Shown piece after piece: positions 37,063 through 49,899 of a DNA stretch of 64,000 bases. Below the pieces are notes generated by a model, which worked only from the letters and a program-made list of their open reading frames with translations, did no database searches and was not told the origin of the DNA. The position numbers were made by a program, and so were the translations under genes. This DNA comes from Octopus vulgaris (lineage: Eukaryota), in the NCBI GenBank assembly GCA_951406725.2, contig OX597817.1, positions 69,068,001 through 69,132,000 on the forward strand. The letters are read 5' to 3'. The first letter of the stretch is position 1; each line of letters begins with the position of its first letter.

Positions 37063-39474
37063 GGCAGTAATTAACAGCTAGCAGCAACATTTTGTCAAGT
37101 CTTTTCTGTTTTTCTCATTTCTCATTTTTGACATTTAAAAAATAATTTTAATATCTAATACTGTCCCCCAGGTTCAAGCCCTAAGCTAGCTAGACATTTT
37201 GCTCTAAATATTTCAAAATGTTTTGCTGGAAAATAAATACACCCCCACTAGCACCCTTATCCTCACCTCAGTCACTTCACAGTTATTTCAGCTTAGTCCC
37301 ACATGAACTCTGATCAAGTAGACTTTATGATCAGAGACATTCCAACCATAACCATCACTTTTATTTATTCATTATTTTGTTTTTAGAGGTGTATCAGGAC
37401 TATGTTGTTTAATGTGTTCCACCCCTTTTAAGACAGTAGGGTGTTATTTGAAGGAAATTTGGCTGCTTTAGTTGCGTAGGAAGGTAATAAGAGAGGCCTT
37501 AAAAGACATTGTACATCATAATTTCCTGCCCATTGGTAAAGCATTTACTGAATACCCAACTCTGACGAACCATTAAATTTATGCTAGCAGGTGGAAAATA
37601 AAATATGAAAATGGAACATAAAAGACAGGAATAAGATGTCATTTCAAAAGAAATCACACACAGGGGAATTCCAGGAAAAAATCTTCATGAATACAGAGAA
37701 AAGAAAACAAGGAAAAAATAAACGGAAGCAACTTACTGTAACTGAATTATTGTATATCTATAAGACTTCTACCCTTATTGTTACGCGTATTCCTTCAATC
37801 GTTTGTGAATTTGAATTAGACATACAAGAGTGAGTAAGGATATAAAACAGCTTTTGTTAATATTGCTATTAATCCTGAAATATATCAATTATATACTAGC
37901 CATTTATTACTGAAATAGATAGTTTTTCAGGCAGGACTCTCTGAGTGTGTGCTGACACTGTCCACTTAGATTCCCAATTAAAGCAATTTTGTTTCACTGA
38001 TATCACTAATGCCTCTTTTCTTTTTCCTTTCTCCCTCTCTTTTTTTTTTTTTGTATGTATAAGACATTAGTAATATTGCAACGTCTCGTTTATGTTTGAC
38101 TAAAACATATGTGCTTCATGGTTAATTGTTAATGATTCGATTTTGTTTTTCTTATTTGTATAGCTTCAAATAATTATACTTAAGCTATTAAGACAGTTTA
38201 AGTTATTGAGGTAAGCCTAGCAGCTAACTGTATCTCATAAAGCCAATTATTGCTAACATACGTTGTAAATGGCATGGTTGGACATTGTCTTTCCGTTTTT
38301 GTTCATTGAAAATAACTAAGTACTCAATATTCCTATACACAATGGGATGGTCATGACTGGAATGTCTTTAATCAGAAGCATGCTTGATCAGATTTGACTT
38401 GGGACTAAACAGCAGCCACAGCAAAAGCAACAATCTTATATGAATGAAAGCAAAGCTGTCATAAATATAAACAAGAAATTGGGGAAGGGAAGGTACTGTG
38501 ATCATGCTAAGGTATCATCATCATCAGTTTACATCTGCTTTTCATGCAAACATGTTGGACATGTCCTAATGAGTGGAGTCGGTTCTCATTTAGAGTTACT
38601 GAATACAAACTTACACTCACACACACAATCACACACACACAAAAGTACAGGCTTCTGCAGTTTCTGTTTACCAAATTCCATTCACAAGGCTTTGGGAAAC
38701 CTATAACGCTATGTCAGAAAACATTTACTGAAGGTCGTATTGAACCTGAAACATCAAGACTCTGTATGTCATTGTAAACAAAACATTTTCAAAAATCAGC
38801 CATATTTTTGTGATCAATTTCAATACAGAAGTGATGCAAACATAGCTGAAAACTCCTTGCAACTATTTCAAAATTTTTCCACAAATTAAAATAAAATACA
38901 AAAAAAAAAGAAAAAATTCAAATAAAATATTGTTTTTGATTAGCTTATTTATATACAGTCTTGTAGGCAAATAGCAAGAATTTCTAAAGCATGAAATTAT
39001 TTGGTGTCCTTTGGTGCTTTAAGGGTGAATTCTAATTAAAGTATACAGTAATGTATTACTTTACAATTAGGTTTATGACATTTTCTGTGACATAGGAAAT
39101 AAAATATTTACAAAGTATATAATCAAAGCCATAAACATGCTGTGTTGTATTCTATTCAGCTAGCTACAAATAATTTAGCATTTCAAACACCTTGAGCTTC
39201 TGTTTTTCAGCTTCAGTGAGACTGGCTAACACAATATTTGCCTATCTAATTCACAACCTGTTAGCATATATTTCACGACACTCCAGTATTCAAAGGCTTG
39301 ACTAGATGACTACTTGACCATTAGCTAGTGTAATGTATCAACTTCTAAAATGTTTTATAAGTAAACAAGTGTGTTGTTGTATACTTAACACTTTAGCATC
39401 AATAAAGCTAATGATGTTACGCTTACTTTTCATTAACACCTTTTACCTTCATAAGCACAGGTATAGCCAGAAGT

Positions 39475-39660
39475 GTAGGTATGACTGTATGGTTTAGAAG
39501 TTCATTTTTCAATATCTCTGCATTCAAGTTCAGTCCTACTGTGTGGTACCTTGGGCAAATGTTTTTCTGCTCGTCTCAGGCTGACCAAAGCCTTGTAAGT
39601 AAGTAAATTTGGCAGATGGAAATTGCAAGAATCCCACCATGCATGTGTGTGTACATTTGT
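39475..39660 (+). mobile_element. Diverged SINE A 5' half
   Basis: GTTCAGTCCTACTGTGTGGTACCTTGGGCAAATG...CTGACCAAAGCCTTGTAAG. Confidence 0.7.
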
Positions 39661-40340
39661 ATTTCCTTGTCTTGATATAGCGTAAGAGTTACAAACAAAT
39701 GTTGCTGCCACACCAACAGTGTCATTCATTTCCAAGCTTCCATAGAAACATGTTTGGCTATGAGGAAAATGATTCCTCACTTGGAAACAGGTGATGATAG
39801 GCAATGATAGTACATTTAATTATAGAAGCACATTTAATTATAGAAAATCTGCCTGAATGAATTCTGTCAGATGCAGTTAAGCATGGGGCAAAAGGACCTT
39901 AAAGTGACAATGGTGATGAATATTAACAGTAAACGTGATCAAATGATGAAACTAAAACAGCTTTAAGCTCTTGTTGTTAGTGTTGCTGTTGTTGTTGTTG
40001 TTTAACCACAGGTCAATTCTAGTTATGTTCAAACACATTCCAGTCATGAGTCAATATATTTCCTCATAAGTATAACTAAAATGAGAAAAAGATCAGCATC
40101 AATTTCAACAATGGATATTTAGTTATTTGACCCTCTAAAGTACCTGCTCATTGAATTAGTATGCAAGTGGCTGAGTACTCCACAGATATATATGTATCCT
40201 TAACATAATTCTCAAGTAGAATCAGCATGACAGGGTGTGTGATAATGCTGGACCACTCAATTCTAGATCAGCAGCAGCTGTTCATCATGGGTTGATATTG
40301 GCTGTTCTGTTCAGACTTCTCCAAACAAAATGTCTTAGGA

Positions 40341-40955
40341 TGGCAAGTAAGGCAGTTGGTGTCACTCCCCCTGCCAGACTGCCTCTCTGGACCTCCATGC
40401 CAGGTACCAAGTGTACAAAAGTGCAACGAGCATGATCGACGATGAGGCTGCCCCGCAGTAGCAGCTCACTCGCTAGTTGATGCCCAGCCATTGTCTGTGG
40501 AGGTACATGGGTTAGTGGTTAGAGCAGTGGACTTGTGGTCAAGGGATCACAGGTTCGAATCTCAGACCGGGTGATGTGTGTGTTTATGAGTGAAATACCT
40601 AAGCTCCACATGGCTCCGGCAGAAGGTAGTGGCGAACTTCTGCTTACTCTTTCGCCACAACTTTCCCTCTCTCTTTCCTCCTGCATCTTGAAGCTCACCT
40701 GTAACAGACCGGCATCCCGTCCAGGTGGGGAACCTATATGCCAAGGAAACCGGGAAACCGGCCCTTATGAGCCAGGCATGGCTTGAGAAGGAAGCCATTG
40801 TCTGATGCCACAGATCCTCTGCTTGACTACAATAACCTTCAAGCCATTGGTCAAAGACTCCTCTACCTTGTCAGTTATCCAACATCCTGTTATCAATGTC
40901 ATCACTGTATCCTTGGCACAGGAGGCTAAGGGTTTTCTAGCACTCTCCCAAGGTG
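40341..40955. repeat. Unclassified dispersed repeat (second copy at ~43960-44290), interrupted by a SINE
   Basis: AAGTAAGGCAGTT...CCAGACTGCCTCT.TGGACCTCCATG.CA.GTACCAAGTG and ACCTTGTCA.TTATCCAACATCCTG shared by both copies. Confidence 0.7.
40498..40792 (+). mobile_element. tRNA-derived SINE (distinct family) with 12-bp TSD
   Basis: GGTTAGTGG A-box, GGTTCGAATCTC B-box; TSD AGCCATTGTCTG at 40486-40497 and 40793-40804. Confidence 0.88.
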
Positions 40956-42392
40956 TCACTCCACTCTACTGAAAGAAGGGGCAATTTACTCCCTCTTTTA
41001 TGGTACAGTACAGCACCCACATCGGTGGAAGGCCATAAAAATCTATCAATATATTTGACAGGCTTCTGCACAGTTTCAACCACCCATTTTCTGTTTTCTG
41101 TCACAAGGCTAGGGCCGGCTTCAAGCTTTTGGTAAAAGACACTTGCTCAAAATACTATGCGATTGAATCTGATATGTGATTGTAAAGTAAACTTCAAAAC
41201 CACCAGACATGCTGTGGTCAAGAACTAAAAATACTTTATGGAAGGACTTTATCAATTTTTAGTCAGTACAATACCACCTGAAGGAGATTCAGTTGCTATT
41301 TCTAGCAGGCTAAGCAACCATGAAAAGCACATCTTCACCCTGTTTTTTAAGATTATCTCCCTTTCTCATTTCAAGTTGATGGTCAATGCCTCAAGGCATT
41401 TGTTTACTTTACTCAACAACAGAAGACTGTTTAAATAAAATAAGAATTTATCTTGTCTAGTATTTTGCTATACTTTTATTTATCTTTCTTGCCCAAACTC
41501 AAGCCACTAGCCCCTCAGCTATTTCTCTGAGCCACTTTTTTGTTTATACATAATACACACACACACACACACACACACATACAAACACATATCTCACTCT
41601 CTCTCTCTCTTTATATATATATATGTGTGTGTGTGTGTACATATATATATATATGCACACACACAAATATATACATGTTTATATATGTGTATATATGCAT
41701 GTGGGTGTATACATGTGTGTGTATATATATATATATATACACACACACACATCCATATCTGTATGTGACTATATAGACACACGCACACACATTCACATAT
41801 ATATATATAGATTGATACATACATATATACATACATACACACATGTATGTATATGCAAACAGATTGGTATATATTGAAGAATATATACATACACACATGT
41901 ATGTATATGCAAACAGATTGGTATATATTGAAGAATACATCTATGCATACAAACATGCATACATTACATACACACACACATATAAATTGACATGTTGAAA
42001 TATATATCTATGCATCTATATGTTTATACACATGTATGCACAGACATGCACACACAAACACACGTGTTCACACACACAAACAGAGAGTCAACTAGTACAA
42101 TGTCACTTTACCTAAGAGATTAATTCATGTTCAAATGATATAATATAGATGGTAACGACATACTTAAATCTGAAATTCTCAACAGTCTTTTAATCTTGCT
42201 TGTATTTTTTTTTGTTCCAACCCCCTTGATCTTGTGATTATATTTATTTTTATTCCTTTTTTCCATTCTCTAAATATAATTCAGAAATGGAGATTTATAT
42301 GAAACTACAAATAAATAAATAAATAAATAAAAACTACAAAAATCAAAATATAAGTCAAAATAAAAAAAATAATAAAAAAATTATTTACTTAC

Positions 42393-42515
42393 TCGTTGGC
42401 TTTTTTTTTTTTTTTTTTGCTTGTTTTTATGTTTCATATTTTGTAAGTTTGATGATTTCAATATCAGAAATAAAAGAAACTTACCTAAAAAGAGAAAATA
42501 GAATTGAAACTTAGA
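42393..42515 (-). other. Candidate recursive splice site (ratchet point) with cryptic RS-exon
   Basis: Minus strand TTCTAAG (branch-like)...TTCTATTTTCTCTTTTTAG|GTAAGT with the junction at 42485/42484; second donor CGA|GTAAGT 92 nt downstream. Confidence 0.5.
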
Positions 42516-42624
42516 ATCACAGTGTACATCAGAATATATACATAAATGCATAAATAAAGAATATTAAAGAACACAAGAATACGACCTATAACTCTTCCTG
42601 AAATAATTACACACAATTGATATT

Positions 42625-42750
42625 TAGCCATCGAGGGAGGGTGCCTCTCTGGAGTTGGTCTGTATGTTAGAAACAGCAGTCAAATCTCCCTCAAGCTAAA
42701 TCATACTGACTTAAAAGACAAAAAATAGACAAGGGACAATATGGTTGTAG
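42625..42750 (+). mobile_element. Family E retroposon, 5' part
   Basis: AGCCATCGAGGGAG...TGTTAGAAACAGCAGTCAAATCTCCCTC. Confidence 0.6.
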
Positions 42751-42764
42751 AGATCTTTTATCGC

Positions 42765-43500
42765 TTATCTTTTACTTGTTTTAGTCATTGGACTGCAGCC
42801 ATGCTGGAGCAATGCCTTGAAAGGTTTTAGTAAAAAAATAATCAACTCCAGAATTTATTCTATTGGTCTCTTTTGCTGAACTGCTAAGTTATGGGGATAG
42901 AAACAAACCAAAACAGGCTGTCAAGTGATGGTGGGGATAAACACAAACATACATACATGCACATATTTATATTACTAGCTTTGAAGCTGCCCTTCAGGCA
43001 GCAATCCTGCTGATTCCTATGGAAGCACCTTTGAAGCCTTCGGCCCTCTACACTTGTGTAATAAAACTTATTTCTGCAAATGTGCCAAGGACTGGTGCTG
43101 ATCATAGTTTAATCACTACATGTAGGGGTGAAGTAAATGCAATAAAAATAGATGGGTTCAGTGGGTCCCCATTTAAGTGTCTATTCAGAAACTGAACCTC
43201 CTTATGATGCTCCCTGAGAGTTCATGGTATAAAGTTCATTGTCATTACTCCGATTAGGTCGCCAATGCCATGTATTTAGTTTAAAATGCAGTAAAAATAT
43301 GGGGGTCAGTGGAGCCCTCCCCCCCAAAAAAAAAAATAAATAACAAAAACAATAAAATCTTGTTTCCAAAATATGTTGGACCTGAGTTTGCACCCCCTAA
43401 GTAAACATTATTACCGAACCAGTGATAGTAGAAGACACTAGCCCAAGGTGCCATGTGGTAGGACTGAACCTGAAATCACATGGTTGCTAAGTGGTTAATT
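42765..43500 (-). mobile_element. SINE A interrupted by a Helitron-like fragment
   Basis: Family A tail and body at 42765-42970, central domain and head at 43425-43500. Confidence 0.7.
42975..43420 (-). mobile_element. Helitron-like 3' end
   Basis: Plus strand A|CTAG (42975) followed 7 nt later by hairpin GCTGCC-CTTCA-GGCAGC (42986-43002); 5' TC terminus not found. Confidence 0.55.
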
Positions 43501-43599
43501 ACGTAATGATGCCTAAAACTAAATAAAGACTAAATTGGATGGGATGCTTGTGTTCAAAAGCCTTTCTTTTTTGTTGTTTTTTTTCTCCCCACTTGCTGG

Positions 43600-43975
43600 G
43601 GGCAGGTTACATGGCTTTGCAGACCCCCATATACTGTTAGATGGATACTATTAATGTTCTATTTGAACTTCTATAAATCAACACCAGCAGGAAAGATATG
43701 AGCAGGAAGGGAATTCCAGAGGGCTTAACCCTTTCATTACTGTATTTATTTTGAGATACTCTGTGCTTCTTTCAATTACTTTAAATATAACAAAGAATTT
43801 GGTAAAATAACTTAATTATCATTAAGCTAGTGTTAGAAACATAAATTGTGACTAAGGTTTGGTAGAAGATTTTAATTCAAAACTGTTGAAAACAAGGCAT
43901 TTGTACTCAGACCCAGAGGCGGTTTCAGCCGGGTTGGTAACAAAAGGGTTAATGTACTTGGAAGTAAGGCAGTTC
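43600..43975 (-). mobile_element. CR1-like LINE 3' end split by a piggyBac MITE
   Basis: Minus strand reads LLPST|ALWNSLPAHIFPAGVDL*KFK across the MITE. Confidence 0.6.
43729..43948. mobile_element. piggyBac-type MITE, family 2 (220 bp)
   Basis: TTAA|CCCTTTCATTAC ... GTAACAAAAGGG|TTAA. Confidence 0.88.
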
Positions 43976-45019
43976 GTGTCACCACCACCCCACCCACCCA
44001 CCAGACTGCCTCTTTGGACCTCCATGGCAAGTACCAAGTGCTGTACAAGATTACAAAGAGTAAGGTTGACGATGGGGACTGCCCCAGAATAGCAGTTCAC
44101 TTGCCAGTTGATGACCAAGCATTGTCTCATGGCACAAATCTTCCACTTCACTGCAGTAACCATCAAGTCATTGGTCTAGGACTCTTCCACCTTGTCACTT
44201 ATCCAACATCCTGATGTCAACATCTTCGCCATATCATTGTCACAGAAGGCTAAGAGGTCGCTAGACTGGGATGACACCTGATTCTCTAACGATTCCATTA
44301 ATTCAATACCTTCTACAAAAGATACACATATACACACATACACACACACATATACATACGCATGCACACACATAAATCCACACTAATTTAATTAATTCTG
44401 TCTTGTTACATTGTGTAACCCTTGGCTTCCTAACGGTTGGTGTGAAGGTGATAATGTAATATGTTGAACGAAAACAAAATAAAACTAAGATGTAATTGAT
44501 ATTTTTATAAACCATTCATATTAATGATTTTACAATAAATTTTCATAATACTTGGATTTTTATAGCCTTTCATTCCACTGAAAATGGACAGCAAGGCTAT
44601 TGTTCATGTCTGATCCACACATTCATAGTTTTAGCTGTAGTTTTAGATTTCATTGTTGTCTTTTTTGTTATCTGAATTATTATGTATGTGTGTGCACGTG
44701 TGTGTGTTTCTCTCCCAGTCTATTTCTCTCTTACACACACACATACATAAATATATATAGATAGATATACATACATACACATATACACACACACACACGC
44801 ACACACACATATATATATATACACACAGAAAAACACACATTTATATCACTTATACGTGTATATATCATTTATGTATACATACATATATATATATATATAC
44901 ATGTATACGTACATTGTGCCTCCAAAACTTTCAGAGAAATTCAGCCTATGATAATACTCTCTATCAAAAAGAGAATAACACAAGTATGAATGTATATATT
45001 GTGTGTGTATAGGTAGATG

Positions 45020-45031
45020 TATATATATAGG

Positions 45032-45063
<32 letters not shown>

Positions 45064-45074
45064 TGTATGTATAT

Positions 45075-45140
<66 letters not shown>
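45020..45140. repeat. (TA)n microsatellite; other long tracts at ~60435-60585, 60853-60912, 61033-61096, 62290-62361, 63420-63610
   Basis: Direct reading. Confidence 0.95.
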
Positions 45141-45141
<1 letters not shown>

Positions 45142-45854
45142 CACACATATGTATGTATATACACAGATATTTGTGATCATAAAATATCAAATGATAGTTA
45201 TAAATATATCATCTATTATTACTTTGATGCGCAAACCCCTCCAGTCATGAACATAATTTTGGGACCAAACATATATTTTTCTGCTAGTATCCTTATGTGT
45301 CTACGCATCTATTTCTATGTGTATATGTATTTGTGTGTATGCATGTAGGTGTGTGTACATATATAAGCACCCCTAAATTTTCTTTACAGAAAGCTGCTAT
45401 TATATGAATGGCTCCATATGATTCAAATAGATGTCATTAGAACACAGAAAGAAAATACTGTTACAAGAATGGAAATGTAATACTATTGAAATAAGTATAG
45501 TGGACCAGTATGCTATAGCCGAATACAGAGCAGTGTAGATTTTCCATAAACCAGCATAGGCATAACACAAAGCAGCCCATTAATAAGTCTTTGTCAAGGA
45601 GTATCTGGGATACGAGTAAGAAGTGCCCAATATCTTTACAAATAACAGTACAGGCTCATATAAATTCTGTTGGGGGTGTGGGAAGGATTAGACGGAAAAA
45701 GACGGAAATCATATGAATTCCTTAGAAATATCAATGCCTTCCTCACATGAGAATTAGATAGATAGATAGATAGATAGATAAGCATGCTCACATACTCACT
45801 CATGTTTACATGCATGTGTGTGTGTATGTAATATTATACATATATTGTTTGTAT

Positions 45855-46065
45855 CATCATCATCATTTAACATCTGCTTTCCATGCTGGCATCGGTTGGT
45901 AGGTTTGACTGAGGACTGGCAAGCCAGGAGGCTATACTAGGCTCCAATCTGTTATGGCAAGGTTTCTACAGTTGAATGCCCTTCCTAACGCCAACCACTC
46001 CAAGAATGTAGTGGGTGCTTTTACGTGCCACCGGCACAAGGGCCAGTCAGGCGCTACTGGTGGCA
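45855..46065 (-). mobile_element. Family D retroposon
   Basis: (ATC)n tail; GCCCTTCCTAACGCCAACCACTCC; GGGTGCTTTTACGTGCCACCGGCAC. Confidence 0.85.
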
Positions 46066-47190
46066 TTTACTAGCAAAGGGACGTAATTCAGCTATCCTCG
46101 CTAGTCTGCTACAGCATCTCCAATCTGAGACCAATGTCGGTAACTTTCAGAATTTGTAGTAGAGCAGATTAAGGTAATAACACAAAGGGAGGAGGAAAGG
46201 AAAAAAACAATACTGTTTGTCACTTATACCACAGTTCATACTAAACTATCGAATTCCATATTCTGACTGCAATAAGACATGCAACTATTTACCAGCAACA
46301 AAATAAGATGAAAGAACTATTCTTTTACAAGTGAATTACCATATTTTAAAGAGAGTAGTAATTGAACTTCTCTTTTAGTTCTCTACTGACAAACTTTACA
46401 TCAGTCACATTACTGCAGAGTAAGCTACTTGCATGTTGCATTCTAAATTCTATGGTTTTGGCTGATAGCACTGACATTACAAATCTATTATAAATACAGA
46501 CTATATCATCATTTGCATTGAGAAGCATTAATTACCTTTCTCCGGCAGACATTGCATCAGTATTTTCACGAGGATTATCAATCTGCTTTTCTTGGACAAT
46601 CTTCACATGTTATTTTAGGAATGTCTAATTTTAGAAGCCACATTGGACATTAGCCATTAAGTAACTAACACAAGTGGACAACAAACTGAACTGTACACAT
46701 GCATATTTGTCCATATGTGTGAATGCATGTGTGTGTGTGTGTGTGATATGTGTATCATTATCATCATCATCATTTTAACATTCAATAAACTCAGAGTTTA
46801 TAGAGGCTGGTTTTTCTATGGCTGTTTCCTGTTTCCAAGCAAGGTTAATGTTTCCTCATGATCAGGCATGTTTCCTTAGAATTTTGGAAATGAATGACAC
46901 TGCTTCTATGACAGACAATGGCAATCACACAACATCATGACAACGTGATACAAACATGCACAAATTCATGCTCATGCACTCATATACACATAGACAGATC
47001 TTCAAACATGGTGGGCTTCTTTTAGTTTCTGTCAACCAATGCTACTCACAAGGTTGACCTAGGGCTGAATGCAGAGATATCTGCCCAGGGTGCCATGAGG
47101 TGGAATTGAACCCAAAATTATAAAATGTGATTGGGAGGCAAACTTCTTTACCACACATTCATGTCTATGCCTATTCACATACATATATAT

Positions 47191-47231
<41 letters not shown>

Positions 47232-47436
47232 GTCCTTGTTTTCCTTGTATCATCTGTCTGGATATTTTGTTTTCCTTTGTTTGTTTCACCTAGCTGTCTA
47301 GATGTTTTGTGTTTTTGTCCCATTTTTGTATTTTATATATATATATATATATATAAAAATAAATATTAGGGAATAAATCCAAATTTACAAGGAAAAATCA
47401 GATTTAAGATTGAATCCAATTTTATAGTAAAATATT

Positions 47437-47555
47437 ATATTATAATAAATTAGAGACAAAACCACTTTTATGCAAATCAAACAAAGAAAGACTTAAGCCA
47501 GTCTTTCTTTGTTTGATTTGCATAATAGTGGTTTTGTCTCTAATTTATTATAATA
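47437..47555. repeat. Near-perfect hairpin with ~55-bp arms
   Basis: TATAATAAATTAGAGACAAAACCACTTTTATGCAAATCAAACAAAGAAAGACT-TAAGCC-AGTCTTTCTTTGTTTGATTTGCATAATAGTGGTTTTGTCTCTAATTTATTATA. Confidence 0.95.
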
Positions 47556-48374
47556 TATATATATATATATATATACATATATGAAGCTTTGGCTGTTATT
47601 TCTAGTGGGTGAATGGCCTATTATGGCCGTTCCTTGATTGTGATATATATACATATATATATATATATGCATATGTGTGAGCATATATATATATACACAC
47701 ACACATACACACATGTGTGTGTGTGTATGTGTTATTGTGGCCTAAGCTCTACAGACAGTTACATACAATGGCGAGAACTTAGGACATAGTTTACAGTGAT
47801 TCACATCGTTTTGTCTCTTTTTTTTTTTGTCTGGTTTGTGATACCAGCACTTGACTGATCAACATTATGGTAAATGCCGTTTCTTTTTCTCTGCTCCTCC
47901 CACCACCACTGCTAATTAACAGGAACTAGTAAGTGTGATAATGGTTTTATAATTACCATCTTATTTGCTGAAATTGATTGTTACTCCATAATCACGCATC
48001 ACATTGCTGAAGCATCTCAAGGAAAAGCCTGGAGCAATTTAAAGCTATTTTTGTGTCTTTTGTCTTTTGTTTTTTGTTGTTTTTTTTTTATATTTCATGT
48101 GGTTTGTAGTTTTTTCATGTTTGTGTGTGAAGCAACTGAGGGCCAGACAGGAAACATGTATTCTTGGATCTGTAGAATGAAGACCATTATATTTTCCCCT
48201 ATATAGTGACAAGTATTTCTTTTTGTTAGTTTCGTCTGGAAGTCATGAGTTCTTTTAACACTTGTTTGACCATATTTTTTTATGCAAAAGTACCTGTGCA
48301 TTTTAACTGATTTTGGGAAAAACTTAAGAATTAAAAATTTGGAAGGGTTTAGTAAAAAGAAAACAAGCTACAAC

Positions 48375-48531
48375 TGTGGCTGTGTGGTAAGTAGCTTGTT
48401 TACCAACCACATGGTTCCGGGTTCAATCCCACTGTGTGGCACCTTGGGCAAGTGTCTTCTACTACAGCCTCGGGCCGACCAAAGCCTTGTGAGTGGATTT
48501 GGTAGACGGAAACTGAAAGAAGCCCGTCGTA

Positions 48532-48573
<42 letters not shown>

Positions 48574-48772
48574 TGTGTGTGTTTGTCCCCCTAGCATTGC
48601 TTGACTACCGATGCTGGAGTGTTTATGTCCCCGTTACTTAGCGGTTCGGCAAAAGAGACCGATAGAATAAGTACTAGGCTTACAAAAGAATAAGTCCCGG
48701 GGTCGAGTTGCTTGATTAAAGGCGGTGCTCCAGCATGGCCGCAGTCAAATGACTGAAAACAAGTAAAAGAGT
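48375..48772 (+). mobile_element. Young SINE A
   Basis: Near-consensus copy lacking the first ~8 nt. Confidence 0.92.
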
Positions 48773-48850
48773 AGTGTTTCTATTTGTAAAATATATATAA
48801 AAACTAGTAATTCTAGGTCAAGTTTGCTTTCAGTGGTTGGGGATTATTAA

Positions 48851-49068
48851 CCCTTTAGCATTTAAACCAGCTGTATGCAGCCCGAATATTCTATCTGTTT
48901 TATGTTTAAACCAACCAGATTTGATCTCTCACACCTACTCTACAATGTCATTCTAGAAGTGCATCAATCAAATTATTGAATTCTCAAAGCTGAGAGTTAC
49001 ATGATTAATTCAAACCAATGTGTAAAAATAAGCTTTACATTCGACAGAATCATCTGAATGCGAAAGGG
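48851..49068. mobile_element. piggyBac-type MITE, family 1 (218 bp)
   Basis: TTAA|CCCTTTAGCATT ... AATGCGAAAGGG|TTAA. Confidence 0.9.
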
Positions 49069-49111
49069 TTAAGATACCAATGTTTTTCTTTGTCATAATA
49101 ATTATTGTATC

Positions 49112-49460
49112 TTCTTTTATTTTTTACTTGTCTCAGTCATTGGACTACAGCCACACAGGGGCATTACCTTGAAGGGTATAGTCAAACAAATTGACACAGG
49201 TACTTATTTTTCTACATTTCAGTTTCTTTTGCTGAATTGGGAATGTAAATAAACCAACATCAGTTGTCAAGTGGTGGGTTGATGAACACGTGCACACACA
49301 CACACACAATAGGCTTCACACAGTTTCTTTCTACCAAATTAAATCACAAGGCATTGGGAGGTATGGGGCTATAGTAGAGACAGTTTTCCAAGGCGTCACA
49401 CATTGGGACTGAACCTGAAACTATGGGTTGCCAAGAGTGCTTCTTAACAAAAGCCATATT
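49112..49460 (-). mobile_element. Diverged SINE A
   Basis: Family A tail, body and head. Confidence 0.75.
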
Positions 49461-49489
49461 GTCTTAGCAAAAGAGGCTCTTATCTAGAA

Positions 49490-49877
49490 CTAGCAGTATC
49501 GCCCGGCGTTGCTCGGGTTTGTAAGGGAAATAACTATATAAGCAGTTTTAGAGAGTTATAGCCAAAAAAATGCATTAAAAATTGAAAAAAAATTATGGTA
49601 AATTTTTTTTTAAATTGTTGACACATCGTAGACATTTTTAGAGAGTTACTTCCCTTATATAATAGCGAAAAAATGCATTAAAATGGAAAAAAATGATGGT
49701 AAATTTATTTTTAAATCGTAGACTCATCGTAGACACGCGCTAATACCCAGAAAGGCTCGATATGAATCACGACTATAAGATACCCGCTTTTGGTTAAACT
49801 ACACCGCAAAATGTGGGAGTAGTTAGGAATCTAAATTGTAGCAGATGGACACACAACTTCTCTTTTATATATAAAGA
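49490..49877 (-). mobile_element. Complete non-autonomous Helitron (388 bp)
   Basis: Minus strand a|TCTTTATATATAAAAG ... CCCGAGCAACGCCGGG hairpin ... CTAG|t, inserted between A and T with no TSD; internal ~90-bp duplication. Confidence 0.88.
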
Positions 49878-49899
49878 TTAAAGCGAAAGTTTAATTTCT

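Noticed and set aside
36700-37081. Poly-I, poly-S and poly-M ORFs
   Set aside because: Translations of an (ATC)n microsatellite
37560-37600. CTGACGA...GAAA and the CTGATGA near 59797 as hammerheads
   Set aside because: No supporting helix I or III pairing
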